Shown: one piece after another, positions 25,811 through 35,172 of the stretch | How positions within the stretch are numbered: the stretch's first letter is position 1 | Layout: each line of letters opens with the position of its first letter | NCBI GenBank assembly: GCA_038213805.1 | Contig: JBBQSO010000056.1 | Span: forward strand, 1 to 35,364 | Direction of reading: 5' to 3' | DNA length: 35,364 nt | From: Planctomycetota bacterium | GTDB taxonomy: Bacteria; Planctomycetota; UBA11346 | The notes under the pieces: model-generated | What the model was told of the DNA's origin: nothing | Database searches by the model: none | Seen by the model: only the letters and a program-made list of their open reading frames with translations | Translations under genes and position numbers: made by a program

Positions 25811-25828
25811 GGGTGCGATAGCGCACCC
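25811..25828. terminator. Perfect hairpin between convergent ispE and the MerR gene
   Basis: GGGTGCG-ATAG-CGCACCC. Its function is inferred only from position. Confidence 0.35.
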
Positions 25829-25872
25829 GCCCTCGAAACCCCGGCAAGGTCCAGGGTCGCGGGCGAGGCGCT

Positions 25873-26718
25873 TCAGTTCGTGCTGAGCGGAGCCACCGGG
25901 GTCGGGGTCATGGGCGCGGCGAGCAGCCCTTCGAGACTGCCGATGCCCTGGTCGCCAAGGGCAGAGACCATGCCGACCAGGCGGCGGTCCGAACGCGCCC
26001 GTGCGGCATCGAGATGGTCGCCGGCGAGCAGGTAGCCGCTGCCGGGCAGGCCGGGCTGGGACCACAGCTGGGCGCGCGTGGAGCGCTGATTCAGCATCAG
26101 GGTGGCGAGCGCCGCCAGGGCGAGGTCCTCCTTGGTTGCCGGGACGACCCAGATGGTGGGCTCAGCGGTCTTGAAGCGCCGCAGCAGCTGCAGGCAGCGC
26201 TCCTGGATGAGCAGGCGGACCTCGGCGTCTTCGGCCAGGGGGCGGTCGGCAGCGGCGATCTCGGCCAGGCCGGCCAGGGCGGGGATCAGCGCGGTGGGCG
26301 CCTCGTCGTTCGGGCGGACCTGCCAGAAGGCGCGCTGCAGCAGCTCCTTGACCAGGCTGGCGTGGCGCTTCTCCAGAGCCTCGACGATTTCGCCCTGGAT
26401 CTTAACCTCCTGGGAGCCCGCCGGACGGCCCAGGCTGCGCGTGCGCGACAGTCCCTGGGGGACGCGTTTCTGCTGGATGTCGGCCGGCCAGCGCGGCAGG
26501 CCATCGATGATCAGGCTGCTGATCGGCGTGCCGCCCTTCACCAGATCGGCGATGCGCTTGAGCTCGTCCACCTGATGCTGGTTGTAAGCCCTGTAACCGT
26601 TGGGCTTGCGCTTGGGCGCCGGCCAGCCGTAGCGCAACTCCCAGATGCGCAGCACGCTCGGGCTCAGTCCACAGGCTTTGCTGGCTTCATTGATGTTCAT
26701 GGATTGGTTCGCACTCAT
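25873..26718 (-). CDS. MerR-family regulator with CarH/MlrA-type N-terminus
   Basis: MNINEASKACGLSPSVLRIWELRYGWPAPKRKPNGYRAY HTH. Start may be 26718 or 26700. Confidence 0.9.
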   Translation of the reverse strand: MSANQSMNINEASKACGLSPSVLRIWELRYGWPAPKRKPNGYRAYNQHQVDELKRIADLVKGGTPISSLIIDGLPRWPADIQQKRVPQGLSRTRSLGRPAGSQEVKIQGEIVEALEKRHASLVKELLQRAFWQVRPNDEAPTALIPALAGLAEIAAADRPLAEDAEVRLLIQERCLQLLRRFKTAEPTIWVVPATKEDLALAALATLMLNQRSTRAQLWSQPGLPGSGYLLAGDHLDAARARSDRRLVGMVSALGDQGIGSLEGLLAAPMTPTPVAPLSTN

Positions 26719-26927
26719 GGCCGGTTCCGCGCGCAGGTGGCGGGCGGCAGCGTTGCTGGGACGGGTCGCCGGCCGATGACGGCAAGCACATGCTCTCATC
26801 CCATTGGTAACCCGGAACGGCCGTCCTTGTCAACTGCGCCTTGCAGGCGCCGCGTCGCTGCGGGTGGGACTCGGGTGGCATTGTCCGGCCCTGCGGCCGC
26901 GCTACGGTCCCATGCCACGGAGAAGCC

Positions 26928-27566
26928 ATGAGCGACGCCATCCTGACCGCCCTCGCCGGCGAGGCCGCCCGCCTAGCCGGCCTCGGCCTGATGGCCTGCA
27001 CCGGTGGCAATCTCAGCGCGGTCATCGAGCGCGAGCCGCTGATCGTGGCGATGAGCCCATCCGGCGTCGACAAGGGCCAGCTCAAGCCGGCCGACTTCAT
27101 CCGTGTCGGCCGCGACGCCAAGGCCCTGCCGCCGGAAACCCGCAAACCCTCGGATGAGGCGCTGGTGCACCTGCGCATCTACCAGGCGACCGGCGCGCAG
27201 GCGGTGTGCCACGGGCATCCGCCGCACGCGGTCGCGCTCAGCATGGACGCGGGTGCGCGCATCGAGATGCGGGGCATCGAGATGATGAAGGCGCTCAGCG
27301 GCACCACCACCCACCTCTGCGAGCGCACCCTGCCGGTGGTCGAGAACAGCCAGGACATGGAGGAGCTCACCGCGCGTGTGCTCGCCGCGCGCATCGAGCA
27401 CATGCCCGCGGTGCTGGTGCGCGGCCACGGTGTCTACGCCTGGGGCGCGAACGTGCGCGATGCCGCCCGCCACCTCGAGACCGTCGAGTGGCTGTGCCGC
27501 GTGCTGCTGCTGATGCGTTCGACGGGCATCGCGCTGCCCCAGGTCGCCGGTCGCGTCGGGGCGTGA
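26928..27566 (+). CDS. mtnB: Methylthioribulose-1-phosphate dehydratase (class II aldolase fold)
   Basis: GGAG RBS; TGGNLS, SPSGVDKG, KPSDEALVH, HGH, EMMKALSG, NSQDM and RGHGVYAWG. Confidence 0.88.
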   Translation: MSDAILTALAGEAARLAGLGLMACTGGNLSAVIEREPLIVAMSPSGVDKGQLKPADFIRVGRDAKALPPETRKPSDEALVHLRIYQATGAQAVCHGHPPHAVALSMDAGARIEMRGIEMMKALSGTTTHLCERTLPVVENSQDMEELTARVLAARIEHMPAVLVRGHGVYAWGANVRDAARHLETVEWLCRVLLLMRSTGIALPQVAGRVGA

Positions 27567-27755
27567 GCGGCGCATTTCGGGTGACTCGCTGATTGTTGTG
27601 CGTTGCGGGTGGCGCACCGCGTGACGCGCAGTTCCTGGCGCGCAGCCGGGCATGGGCACACCGGCGTCCGGATTCCGTGGCCAGGGAAGGCCAGGGCTTG
27701 AACCGCGCTGGTCCATCCTACCGTGGCCCCCCCGCCCCTTGAGGATCGCCCGCCC

Positions 27756-28883
27756 ATGAGCCAAGCCGCTTCCTGCGCCGCCGCCGCCGCCGCCCTGGCC
27801 GCATTCCCCGCATCCCGCAAGCCGCAGGTGCTGGTCGGCTTCGACGGCTTCATCGACAACATCATCGCGGTGGTGGCCAAGCGCGAGAGCGCGACCACCT
27901 TCCAGGCCATGGAGACCATCGCCGAGCTCGGCGGGCGCATCACCGCGGCGGCGGGCAAGAGCGCCAACTTCGAACTCGTGGTGAAGAATAGCAAGATCGG
28001 CGGCAACGGCCCGATCATGGCCAATGCGCTGTGCAGCTACGATTTCGCCGTCACCGCCATCGGCCTGCTCGGCGAGGGCGCCATCGACCCGGTGTTCGCG
28101 CCGCTCGCCGCGCGCGCCAGCCACACCATCAGCCTGGGCGCGGCCGCGTCGACCGACGCGCTCGAGTTCAGCGACGGCAAGGTCATGCTCGGGAAGCTGC
28201 TGCCGCTCGAGAACGTGAGCTATGAGCGCCTCGTCGCCAAACTCGGCCTGGACGGACTCAAGCACGCGCTGCGCTCGGCGCAGGGCATCGCCACGGTCAA
28301 TTGGACGATGACCTTGGGCATGACCGAGATCTGGCGCCGCCTCGCCGCCGACGTGCTGCCCGGCCTGCGCGGTGATCGGCCGCTGTGGTTCATCGACCTC
28401 GCCGACCCCGCCAAGCGCACCGCCGGCGACATCCGTGCGGCGCTCGCCGCGCTGCAGGAGCTGCAGTGCCACGTCGACGTGGTGCTCGGCATGAACGAGA
28501 TGGAGCTGCGCCAGGTGCTCGAGGTGATCGGCGAGCCGTGGCCCGCGGTGGAGCCCGAATGGGAGGCGGCACGCGCCGGCTGCGTCACCGTGCGCGAACG
28601 CTTCGGACTGGCGTGGGCGATGTGCCACCTGGTGAAGTCCGCGGCCTGCGCATGGCCGACGGGCAGCGTCGGCCTGAACGGCTTCTTTGAGCCCAAGCCG
28701 ATGATCACCACCGGCGCCGGCGACCACTTCAACGCCGGCTTCCTCGCCGCGCTGCTCGCCGGCCTGGAGCCCGCGCACGCGCTGCTCGTTGGTGGTGCGA
28801 CCAGCGGCTACTACGTGCGCACCGCGGTCTCGCCGAGCCGCGCGCAGGTCGTCGACTTCCTGCGCGCGCAGGCACGCGCTTGA
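27756..28883 (+). CDS. PfkB/ribokinase-family carbohydrate kinase
   Basis: VGFDGFID, KIGGNGPIMANAL and the C-terminal TTGAGDHFNAGF signature. Confidence 0.88.
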   Translation: MSQAASCAAAAAALAAFPASRKPQVLVGFDGFIDNIIAVVAKRESATTFQAMETIAELGGRITAAAGKSANFELVVKNSKIGGNGPIMANALCSYDFAVTAIGLLGEGAIDPVFAPLAARASHTISLGAAASTDALEFSDGKVMLGKLLPLENVSYERLVAKLGLDGLKHALRSAQGIATVNWTMTLGMTEIWRRLAADVLPGLRGDRPLWFIDLADPAKRTAGDIRAALAALQELQCHVDVVLGMNEMELRQVLEVIGEPWPAVEPEWEAARAGCVTVRERFGLAWAMCHLVKSAACAWPTGSVGLNGFFEPKPMITTGAGDHFNAGFLAALLAGLEPAHALLVGGATSGYYVRTAVSPSRAQVVDFLRAQARA

Positions 28884-29195
28884 GCGCATCGGGTGCGACC
28901 CGCGCAGCGCCTGGCCCGGTGCTGCTCCGCGCAGCCACCTGGACGCCGGGGCTGCGGTCGACGCAGCGAGTCAAGCGGTCGGTCCAGACCCGTCACAACG
29001 CCATCTTGAGTTGGCGCGCGGGCGGTCTACAGATGGGGACCTCTGCCGGAAGGGTTCGCGCAAGCGAGCCAGCCGCGTCCCACTCCGGGACCGGGTGACG
29101 ATGCGCCCGCGTCGGCGGGGACCGGCTGCGCCGCCTGGCCAGTGGCGGGTGGCGGTCGAAGATCGGATAACGGATCGCGGGGGCATGCAGGGTCT

Positions 29196-30626
29196 ATGAC
29201 GGCACATGAGGGATCCGCGGTGGAACGACAGGAATCCGTGATCGCGCAGGCCTGGCCTGCCATCCTCGAGCGCCTGCGCTCGCCCGACAACGAGCAGGGC
29301 GTGCGCCTCTGGCTCGCCTCGCCGAAGGTCCACCCCGCGTCGTTCGCCGACGGTGTGCTGACCCTCGACTGCCCGACCGCGCTCTTCCAGCACACCATCC
29401 GCGACCGCTTTTCGCGCCAGCTCGCGCTGGTCGCCGCCGAGGTCCTCGGCGCGCCGGTCAGCGAGGTGCGCTGCCGCGTCTCGGGCAACGCCCTGCGCGA
29501 GCACGAGCAGCGCCGCAGCACCGCCCAGCTCGCCGCCCGCGAGGCCACGCCCGCCGCCGGACATGCGCACCTCGACGGCCAGCGCGGCGGCTCGCGCTGG
29601 GGCCAAGGCTTCAAGGCGCTCGAGGATTTCGTGGTCGGGCACTGCAACCGCCTCGCCTACGACGCCATCATCCGCATCCTCGAGGAACCGGGCAACCCGG
29701 TGAACCCGTTGTTCATCCACGGCGCCTCGGGTCTCGGCAAGACCCACCTCGAGCAGGGCCTCGCCCTGGCCTTCCGCGAGCGCTACCCGAAGAGCAAGGT
29801 CCAGTACATCCGCTGCGAGCAGTTCACCAACGACTACATCGCCGCCTGCGAGCTGGGCGGCCCGGGCATCCAGGCCTTCCGCGTGAAGATGCGCCACCCC
29901 GACCTGCTGCTCATCGACGACATCCACTTCCTGTCGCGCGGGCAGATGGTCAAGACCAAGGAGGAGCTGTTCTCGACCTTCAACCAGCTCAACGAGCAGG
30001 GCAAGAAGGTGGTGATCACCTCGGACGCGCCGCCGGCCGACATCAAGTACCTCGAGGAGCGCTTCATCCAGCGCTTCAGCGGCGGCCTGGTGGTGGCGAT
30101 GGAGAAGCCCGATCCCAAGTTGCGCCACGCGGTGATCATCGCCAAGGCCAAGGCCCAGGGCATCACCCTCAGCGACGAGGTGCTGGCCTACGTCGTCGAC
30201 CACATCACCGACAACATCCGCGAGCTCGAAGGCGCGGTCAACAAGCTCGCCGCCTTCGCCGCCAGCTTCCAGCGCCGCATCGACCTGACCCTGGCGCGCC
30301 AGGCCCTCGCCGACGTCATCGACCGCAACACCGGCGAGCCGCGCGCGAAGATGATCATGCGCGCGGTCGCCGACTACTTCGAACTCACCGTCGACGACCT
30401 GCTCGGCAAGAACCGCTCCGGCATGCGCTCGAACGCCCGCCACGTCGCCATGTACGTGCTCAAATCGGCGAGCTCCGACACCTACACCGCGATCGGCCAG
30501 GCCTTCGCGGTCAAGAGCCACAGCAGCGTCGCCTACGCCTGCGAGCAGGTCGCCAAGTACCGCTCGCAGGACGCCGCGCTCGACGCTTTCATCATCGATC
30601 TGATGATGCGCGTCAAGCGGGCCTGA
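29196..30626 (+). CDS. dnaA: Chromosomal replication initiator DnaA (divergent; start could be GTG 29220 or 29238)
   Basis: DFVVGHCNRLA, NPLFIHGASGLGKTHL (Walker A), LLIDDIHFL (Walker B), EELFSTFN, NIRELEGA and domain IV ARHVAMY. Confidence 0.93.
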   Translation: MTAHEGSAVERQESVIAQAWPAILERLRSPDNEQGVRLWLASPKVHPASFADGVLTLDCPTALFQHTIRDRFSRQLALVAAEVLGAPVSEVRCRVSGNALREHEQRRSTAQLAAREATPAAGHAHLDGQRGGSRWGQGFKALEDFVVGHCNRLAYDAIIRILEEPGNPVNPLFIHGASGLGKTHLEQGLALAFRERYPKSKVQYIRCEQFTNDYIAACELGGPGIQAFRVKMRHPDLLLIDDIHFLSRGQMVKTKEELFSTFNQLNEQGKKVVITSDAPPADIKYLEERFIQRFSGGLVVAMEKPDPKLRHAVIIAKAKAQGITLSDEVLAYVVDHITDNIRELEGAVNKLAAFAASFQRRIDLTLARQALADVIDRNTGEPRAKMIMRAVADYFELTVDDLLGKNRSGMRSNARHVAMYVLKSASSDTYTAIGQAFAVKSHSSVAYACEQVAKYRSQDAALDAFIIDLMMRVKRA

Positions 30627-30913
30627 CGCGGTTCCACGCGCACCGGAAACGGCATGGCGGTGGTTTGACCGTCCCCGCACCGCATGAAGCTGCGAGGTGC
30701 GAGTGGACTGCCGGACGCCGGCCTGACCTGCATCTATCGACTAATCACGTAGTCGAACCCGGCCCAAACGTTCTACAGCGTCCGTCACCACGAATCTCCT
30801 AACCCGCGGTGGCGCGCCGGCCGTTCCTGTGTCATAAGTTGGAGGCAGAACCTGGCGACCGCCCCGGCCATGATCGGGAGCGGGCCGCTCCGTCCCCCGC
30901 CCATGGAGGCTTT

Positions 30914-32740
30914 GTGCGCCCATCCCGCCTGCTCGCCCTGCTCGCCATCTGCGCCGCGCCCGTATTGGCCGGGCCATGCCTATCCGCCGCCTCGCTCTCC
31001 GAGGTGCGGGAACGCATCCATCCGGGAGAACAGGTGGTGCAGGACGTCGACCTGTCGGGGGTGCTGGCCGCTCCGCAGTCCTTCTTGAACGTGCGCATCC
31101 GCTTCAACGCTTTCTTCGTCGAGAACGGCAATCTCTTCGACACCCTGCGCACGTCCTATAAGCCGGAGTGCTTCTTCAACCTCATCCTCTGGGATGCCCA
31201 TGCCGACATCTGGGACCCCCAGGTGCGCGCCCAGCCGGTGACCACGGCCTTCCTCAGCAAAGACCGCCGCGATGCGACCAAGATCGCCGGATTGAAGAAG
31301 TACCAGCTGCTCGTGTTGACTGGCGAGGTGACCGGCGTCATCGACGGCCAGCCGCTGCTTTCCATTCACTCCTTCGACGTCGCCGAAGGCGCTGACACCT
31401 ATAGCGACACCGGGCTCTACCACATCCAGCAGGCCGACAGCTTGGCCGCGGAGTCGTCCTACGATCTCGCGGACGACCATTTCGCCGCCGCCCTGGGCGG
31501 CGAGATGCCCTCCGGTGCCCGCCAGCGCGTCGCCTACCACCGTGCGCAGAGTCTCGCCGCCTGGGGCCACTACGACGCCTGCGCCAAGGTGCTGCGCGAC
31601 CTGCTCGAGAGCGTCAGCGATGCGGCCCCGCTCGACCGCAAGATGCTCGCGGGCATCCACTACCTGCTCGCCAAGGCGCTCGCCGAAGGCGGCGCCGCGG
31701 ATGCCAGTGCCGAGGCGCGCAGCGCGCGCTACGGCGAAGCCGTCAGCCACGCGCGCACCGCCGTCGAGCTCGATCCCGAGCAGGGCGACGCCTACGCCGT
31801 GCTCGGCATCACCCTCGCCGGCATGGGCCAGTTCGACGAGGCGCGCCGCCAGTGCGAGAAGGCCATCCGCCTACGCCCCAACAACGCCGAGGTGCGCTGG
31901 TACCTGGGTCGCATCCTCGACCAGCAGGGCAGCTACGACGAGGCCATCGACGCGCTGCGCAAGGCCATCGATATCACTCCCAAGGACCACCGCATCCACA
32001 AGGCGATCGGCGCGGTCTACCTGCACCGCGCCCAAAAGGGCGGCGCCAGCGCCGCCGCGGACTTGGTGATCGCGCTGCGCGAGTACGAGATCGCGGTGCG
32101 CCTGAACCCGGCCGACCCCGAAGGCAGCTTCGGCGCCGGCCAGGTGCTCGAGGCCGCGACCGCGGCCAAGGCCGACATCTTGGTCGGCGGCGAACGCAAG
32201 CCCGCGACCGCGGCCATGGCCACCGACGCCTACCTCAAGGCCGTCGCCGCCGACCCCAAGTTCATCCCCGCGCGCCGCGCGCTGATCGCGCGCTACCGCG
32301 CCGACAACAACCAGGACGCCGCGTTGGTGCAGCTCGCCGGCCTGGCCGAAGCCCAGGGCAACAACTACGACAGCTACGCCGAGCTCGCCGACTTCCAGGT
32401 CTCGCTCGGCAAGAAGGCCGAGGCCTACCAGACCTGGGAAAAGGCCGCCAAGGCCTTCCCCAAGGACGCGCGCGTGCCGGCCCAGCTCGGCCATCTCGCC
32501 AACGAGCTCGGCAAGCCCGACGTGGCGGCTGGTTGGCTGATGCCGCTCTACGCGGCCGACGACCACAATGCCGACGTCGCCCTCGACCTGGCGACGGCCA
32601 AGCTCGCCCTCAACCTGCCCAAGGAGGCGCTGCGCATCGCGCGCCGCGCCGAAAGCGTGAGCGGCGACGAGGCCCTCAAGGAGAAGGCCCGCGCCATCCA
32701 GCAGCAGGCCCAGACCGCCATCGACGCACCCGCGCACTGA
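30914..32740 (+). CDS. Exported TPR-repeat protein with N-terminal beta (OB-like) domain
   Basis: GTG follows a GGAGG RBS; signal peptide; several TPRs (AYAVLGITLAGMGQFDEARRQCEKAIRLRP, WYLGRILDQQGSYDEAIDALRKAIDITP). Confidence 0.88.
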   Translation: MRPSRLLALLAICAAPVLAGPCLSAASLSEVRERIHPGEQVVQDVDLSGVLAAPQSFLNVRIRFNAFFVENGNLFDTLRTSYKPECFFNLILWDAHADIWDPQVRAQPVTTAFLSKDRRDATKIAGLKKYQLLVLTGEVTGVIDGQPLLSIHSFDVAEGADTYSDTGLYHIQQADSLAAESSYDLADDHFAAALGGEMPSGARQRVAYHRAQSLAAWGHYDACAKVLRDLLESVSDAAPLDRKMLAGIHYLLAKALAEGGAADASAEARSARYGEAVSHARTAVELDPEQGDAYAVLGITLAGMGQFDEARRQCEKAIRLRPNNAEVRWYLGRILDQQGSYDEAIDALRKAIDITPKDHRIHKAIGAVYLHRAQKGGASAAADLVIALREYEIAVRLNPADPEGSFGAGQVLEAATAAKADILVGGERKPATAAMATDAYLKAVAADPKFIPARRALIARYRADNNQDAALVQLAGLAEAQGNNYDSYAELADFQVSLGKKAEAYQTWEKAAKAFPKDARVPAQLGHLANELGKPDVAAGWLMPLYAADDHNADVALDLATAKLALNLPKEALRIARRAESVSGDEALKEKARAIQQQAQTAIDAPAH

Positions 32741-32895
32741 GTTCAGCGCGAGGGCCGGACCCCGCGCCCTCTGCGTGCATGGCGCAAGTCAAGGATGGGC
32801 TTGCGCCTGCGTCCGAGCGGCGTGGCGCAGCCGGCCAAAACCCTTGTCCGCGCGCATGGAGGTGGTGCACTGTCGCCCAGCGGATGGTCGCGGGC

Positions 32896-34545
32896 ATGCT
32901 CACTGAACTCCTGGTCCAGAATCTCGTCATCGTCGCCCAGGCGCGCCTCGCGCCCGGCGCGGGCCTGACCGTGATCAGTGGCGAGACCGGCGCGGGCAAG
33001 AGCCTGCTCCTCGATGCCCTCGACCTGCTGCGTGGCGGCCGCGCCCAGGCCAAGCTGGTCGGCCCGCGCGCCGATCACGCCCAGGTCACCGCCGCCTTCC
33101 AGGTCGAGCCCGCGATCGCCGCCGCCGCCGAGGCGTCCTGCGCCATCCCTGCCCAGGACGGCCAGTACATCCTGCGCCGCCGCCTGGCCGCCTCTGGCCG
33201 CAGCCAGGCATGGATCAACGATGTCCCCGTCACCCTCGCCGCGCTCGGCGCCCTTGCCGAGATCCTGGTCGAGATCCGCGCCCAGCATGAAGCCCAGCGC
33301 CTCGGCGACCCCGCCCGCCAGCTCGCCCTGCTCGATGCCTATGCCGGCCTCGACGGGCAGGCCGCGGCCTACCGCGCCGACCACCAGCGCTGCCTGGCCC
33401 TGGCGCGCGACCTCGCCGCGCTCGAGAACGGCGGCCGCGACAGCATCCGCGAACTCGACTTCCTGCGCTTCCAGGCCGCGGAATTCCAGGCCCTCAGCCC
33501 ACGCGCCGGCGAGCTCGCCGAGCTCGAGCGACGCGTCAAACAGCTTTCCGGCAGCGAGGAATGGCGCACCCGTGCCGCCTCCGCCGCCGCCCTGCTCGGC
33601 GATGGCGAGCGCGCCGTCGACCGCGTGCTCGCGCGCCTCGCCCGCCAGCTGGGCGAGGCGCCCGACGAGCGTCTCGCCGAGGCCGGCCGTGCCTGCGCCA
33701 GCGCTGGCGAGCTGGTGCGCGACGCCGCTGCGGCCTGCGCTGATGCCGCCGAGCGCCTGCAGGGTGACCCGGTCGAACTCGCGCGCGTCCAGGAACGTCT
33801 CGACGCATGGTACGGTCTGCAGCGCAAGCACGGTGATGGCGAGGCCGCGCTGCTCGCCGCCTGGGCAGCGGTCGACGAGCGCATCCGCGCCCTTGAGGGC
33901 CTGGACGGCCGGCGCGATGCCCTGCGCGCGGAACTCGGCACCGCCCAGGCCGAGCGCGCGCGTCGCGGCGCCACCCTGGCCAAGGCGCGTGCCAAGGGCT
34001 TCGCCAAGCTCGCCGCGCGCTTGGTCGCTGAACTCGACGGCCTGGGCATGCCCAAGGCGCGCCTGGTACTCGGCGAGACCGCCCTGCCGGAGCCCGGCCC
34101 GCTCGGCACCGTCGGCCAGGAATTTCTCGTCGCCACCAACCCCGGCCTGCCGCCTGGCCGCCTCGGCGCGGTCGTTTCCGGAGGCGAGGCAGCGCGCCTG
34201 TCGCTGGCCTTTGCCGTGGTGCTGGCCGCGCAGGAGCTCACCCCGGTGCTGGTCTTCGACGAGGTCGACAGCGGCGTCGGCGGTCGGCTCGGCGCTGCGA
34301 TCGGCGCCCGCCTTGCGGCCCTGGGGCGCGGCCGTACGGTGCTGGCGGTGACCCACACCCCGCAGGTGGCCGCTGCCGCCCACCGCCACTACGCGGTGCG
34401 CAAGCGCCAGGGGATCGACGAAACGACGGTGGAAGTGGACGAACTCTCAGCGGAACGACGCCTCGCGGAACTGGCGGAAATGCTCGGCGGCGGCAGCGCG
34501 GCGCTCGGCCAGGCGCAGGCGTTGGTAGCCGGGGCGCGGACATGA
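32896..34545 (+). CDS. recN: DNA repair protein RecN
   Basis: MLTELLVQNLVIV, ISGETGAGKS, GRSQAWIND, TNPG, SGGE, LVFDEVDSGVGG, VTHTPQVAA and ELAEMLGG; 549 aa. Confidence 0.96.
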   Translation: MLTELLVQNLVIVAQARLAPGAGLTVISGETGAGKSLLLDALDLLRGGRAQAKLVGPRADHAQVTAAFQVEPAIAAAAEASCAIPAQDGQYILRRRLAASGRSQAWINDVPVTLAALGALAEILVEIRAQHEAQRLGDPARQLALLDAYAGLDGQAAAYRADHQRCLALARDLAALENGGRDSIRELDFLRFQAAEFQALSPRAGELAELERRVKQLSGSEEWRTRAASAAALLGDGERAVDRVLARLARQLGEAPDERLAEAGRACASAGELVRDAAAACADAAERLQGDPVELARVQERLDAWYGLQRKHGDGEAALLAAWAAVDERIRALEGLDGRRDALRAELGTAQAERARRGATLAKARAKGFAKLAARLVAELDGLGMPKARLVLGETALPEPGPLGTVGQEFLVATNPGLPPGRLGAVVSGGEAARLSLAFAVVLAAQELTPVLVFDEVDSGVGGRLGAAIGARLAALGRGRTVLAVTHTPQVAAAAHRHYAVRKRQGIDETTVEVDELSAERRLAELAEMLGGGSAALGQAQALVAGART

Positions 34546-35081
34546 ACCTGCCTCAGCCCGCCAGCTACCAGGTCGCGCGCCTGGGCGCGACCATCTTCGT
34601 GCGCGCCACCGGCCTCGCGAACATGAAGAACGCGCCGATGCTCGACCTCTTCCTGCAGAGTGAGATCGAACAGGACGCCAAGCTGGTGTGCATCGATCTC
34701 TCGGTGTGCGCCGGCATGGACAGCACCTTCATGGGTGTCCTGGTAGGCTATGCGCAGCTGCTCGGCGCTCGTGGCGGCAAGCTGGTGGTGGTCAACCCCA
34801 GCGAGGGCAACCTGCGCCTACTCGACATGCTCGGCGTCAGCGCGGTGCTGCCGGTCATCCAGCGCATCGAGCGCGCCGAGCTGGATTTCGTCAACCTGCC
34901 AGCCAGCCCGACGCTCGGCCCGATGCAGCGCATGGAACTCGTGCGCCGCGCCCACCACCATCTGGTGGCGATCAGCGACGACAACCGCGCCAAATTCTCC
35001 GCCTTCATCCAAGCTCTCGAGGCCGACCTCGCCAAGGTCCAGAGCCAGGGGGGCCAGGGCCTCCCCCAGTCCGGCAACTAA
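34542..35081 (+). CDS. STAS-domain anti-sigma-factor antagonist with C-terminal helical extension
   Basis: IDLSVCAGMDSTFMGVL carries the phosphorylatable Ser motif, followed by LLDMLGV. ATGA overlap with recN. Confidence 0.88.
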   Translation: MNLPQPASYQVARLGATIFVRATGLANMKNAPMLDLFLQSEIEQDAKLVCIDLSVCAGMDSTFMGVLVGYAQLLGARGGKLVVVNPSEGNLRLLDMLGVSAVLPVIQRIERAELDFVNLPASPTLGPMQRMELVRRAHHHLVAISDDNRAKFSAFIQALEADLAKVQSQGGQGLPQSGN

Positions 35082-35125
35082 GAGCCTGGACCGGCGTGAC
35101 TTGAGTCGGACTGCCGAGGGGGTGG

Positions 35126-35172
35126 AAAATAAATTTGACAGAGGGGGGTCACCCCACATGATGTGCCTCCCG
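35126..35172 (+). promoter_or_regulatory. Sigma70-type promoter with rRNA P1-like layout
   Basis: A/T-rich UP-like tract AAAATAAAT, perfect TTGACA (35135-35140), 16-bp spacer, CATGAT (35157-35162) and a GC-rich discriminator. Confidence 0.75.

Noticed and set aside
28884..29195. oriC upstream of dnaA
   Set aside because: The region is GC-rich, has no AT-rich unwinding element and shows only one poor DnaA-box-like match (ATCGGATAA).
31852..32895. Apparent 348-aa N-terminal extension of RecN in the ORF track
   Set aside because: It is an Arg/Pro-rich off-frame read through the TPR gene; the RecN motifs begin at ATG 32896.
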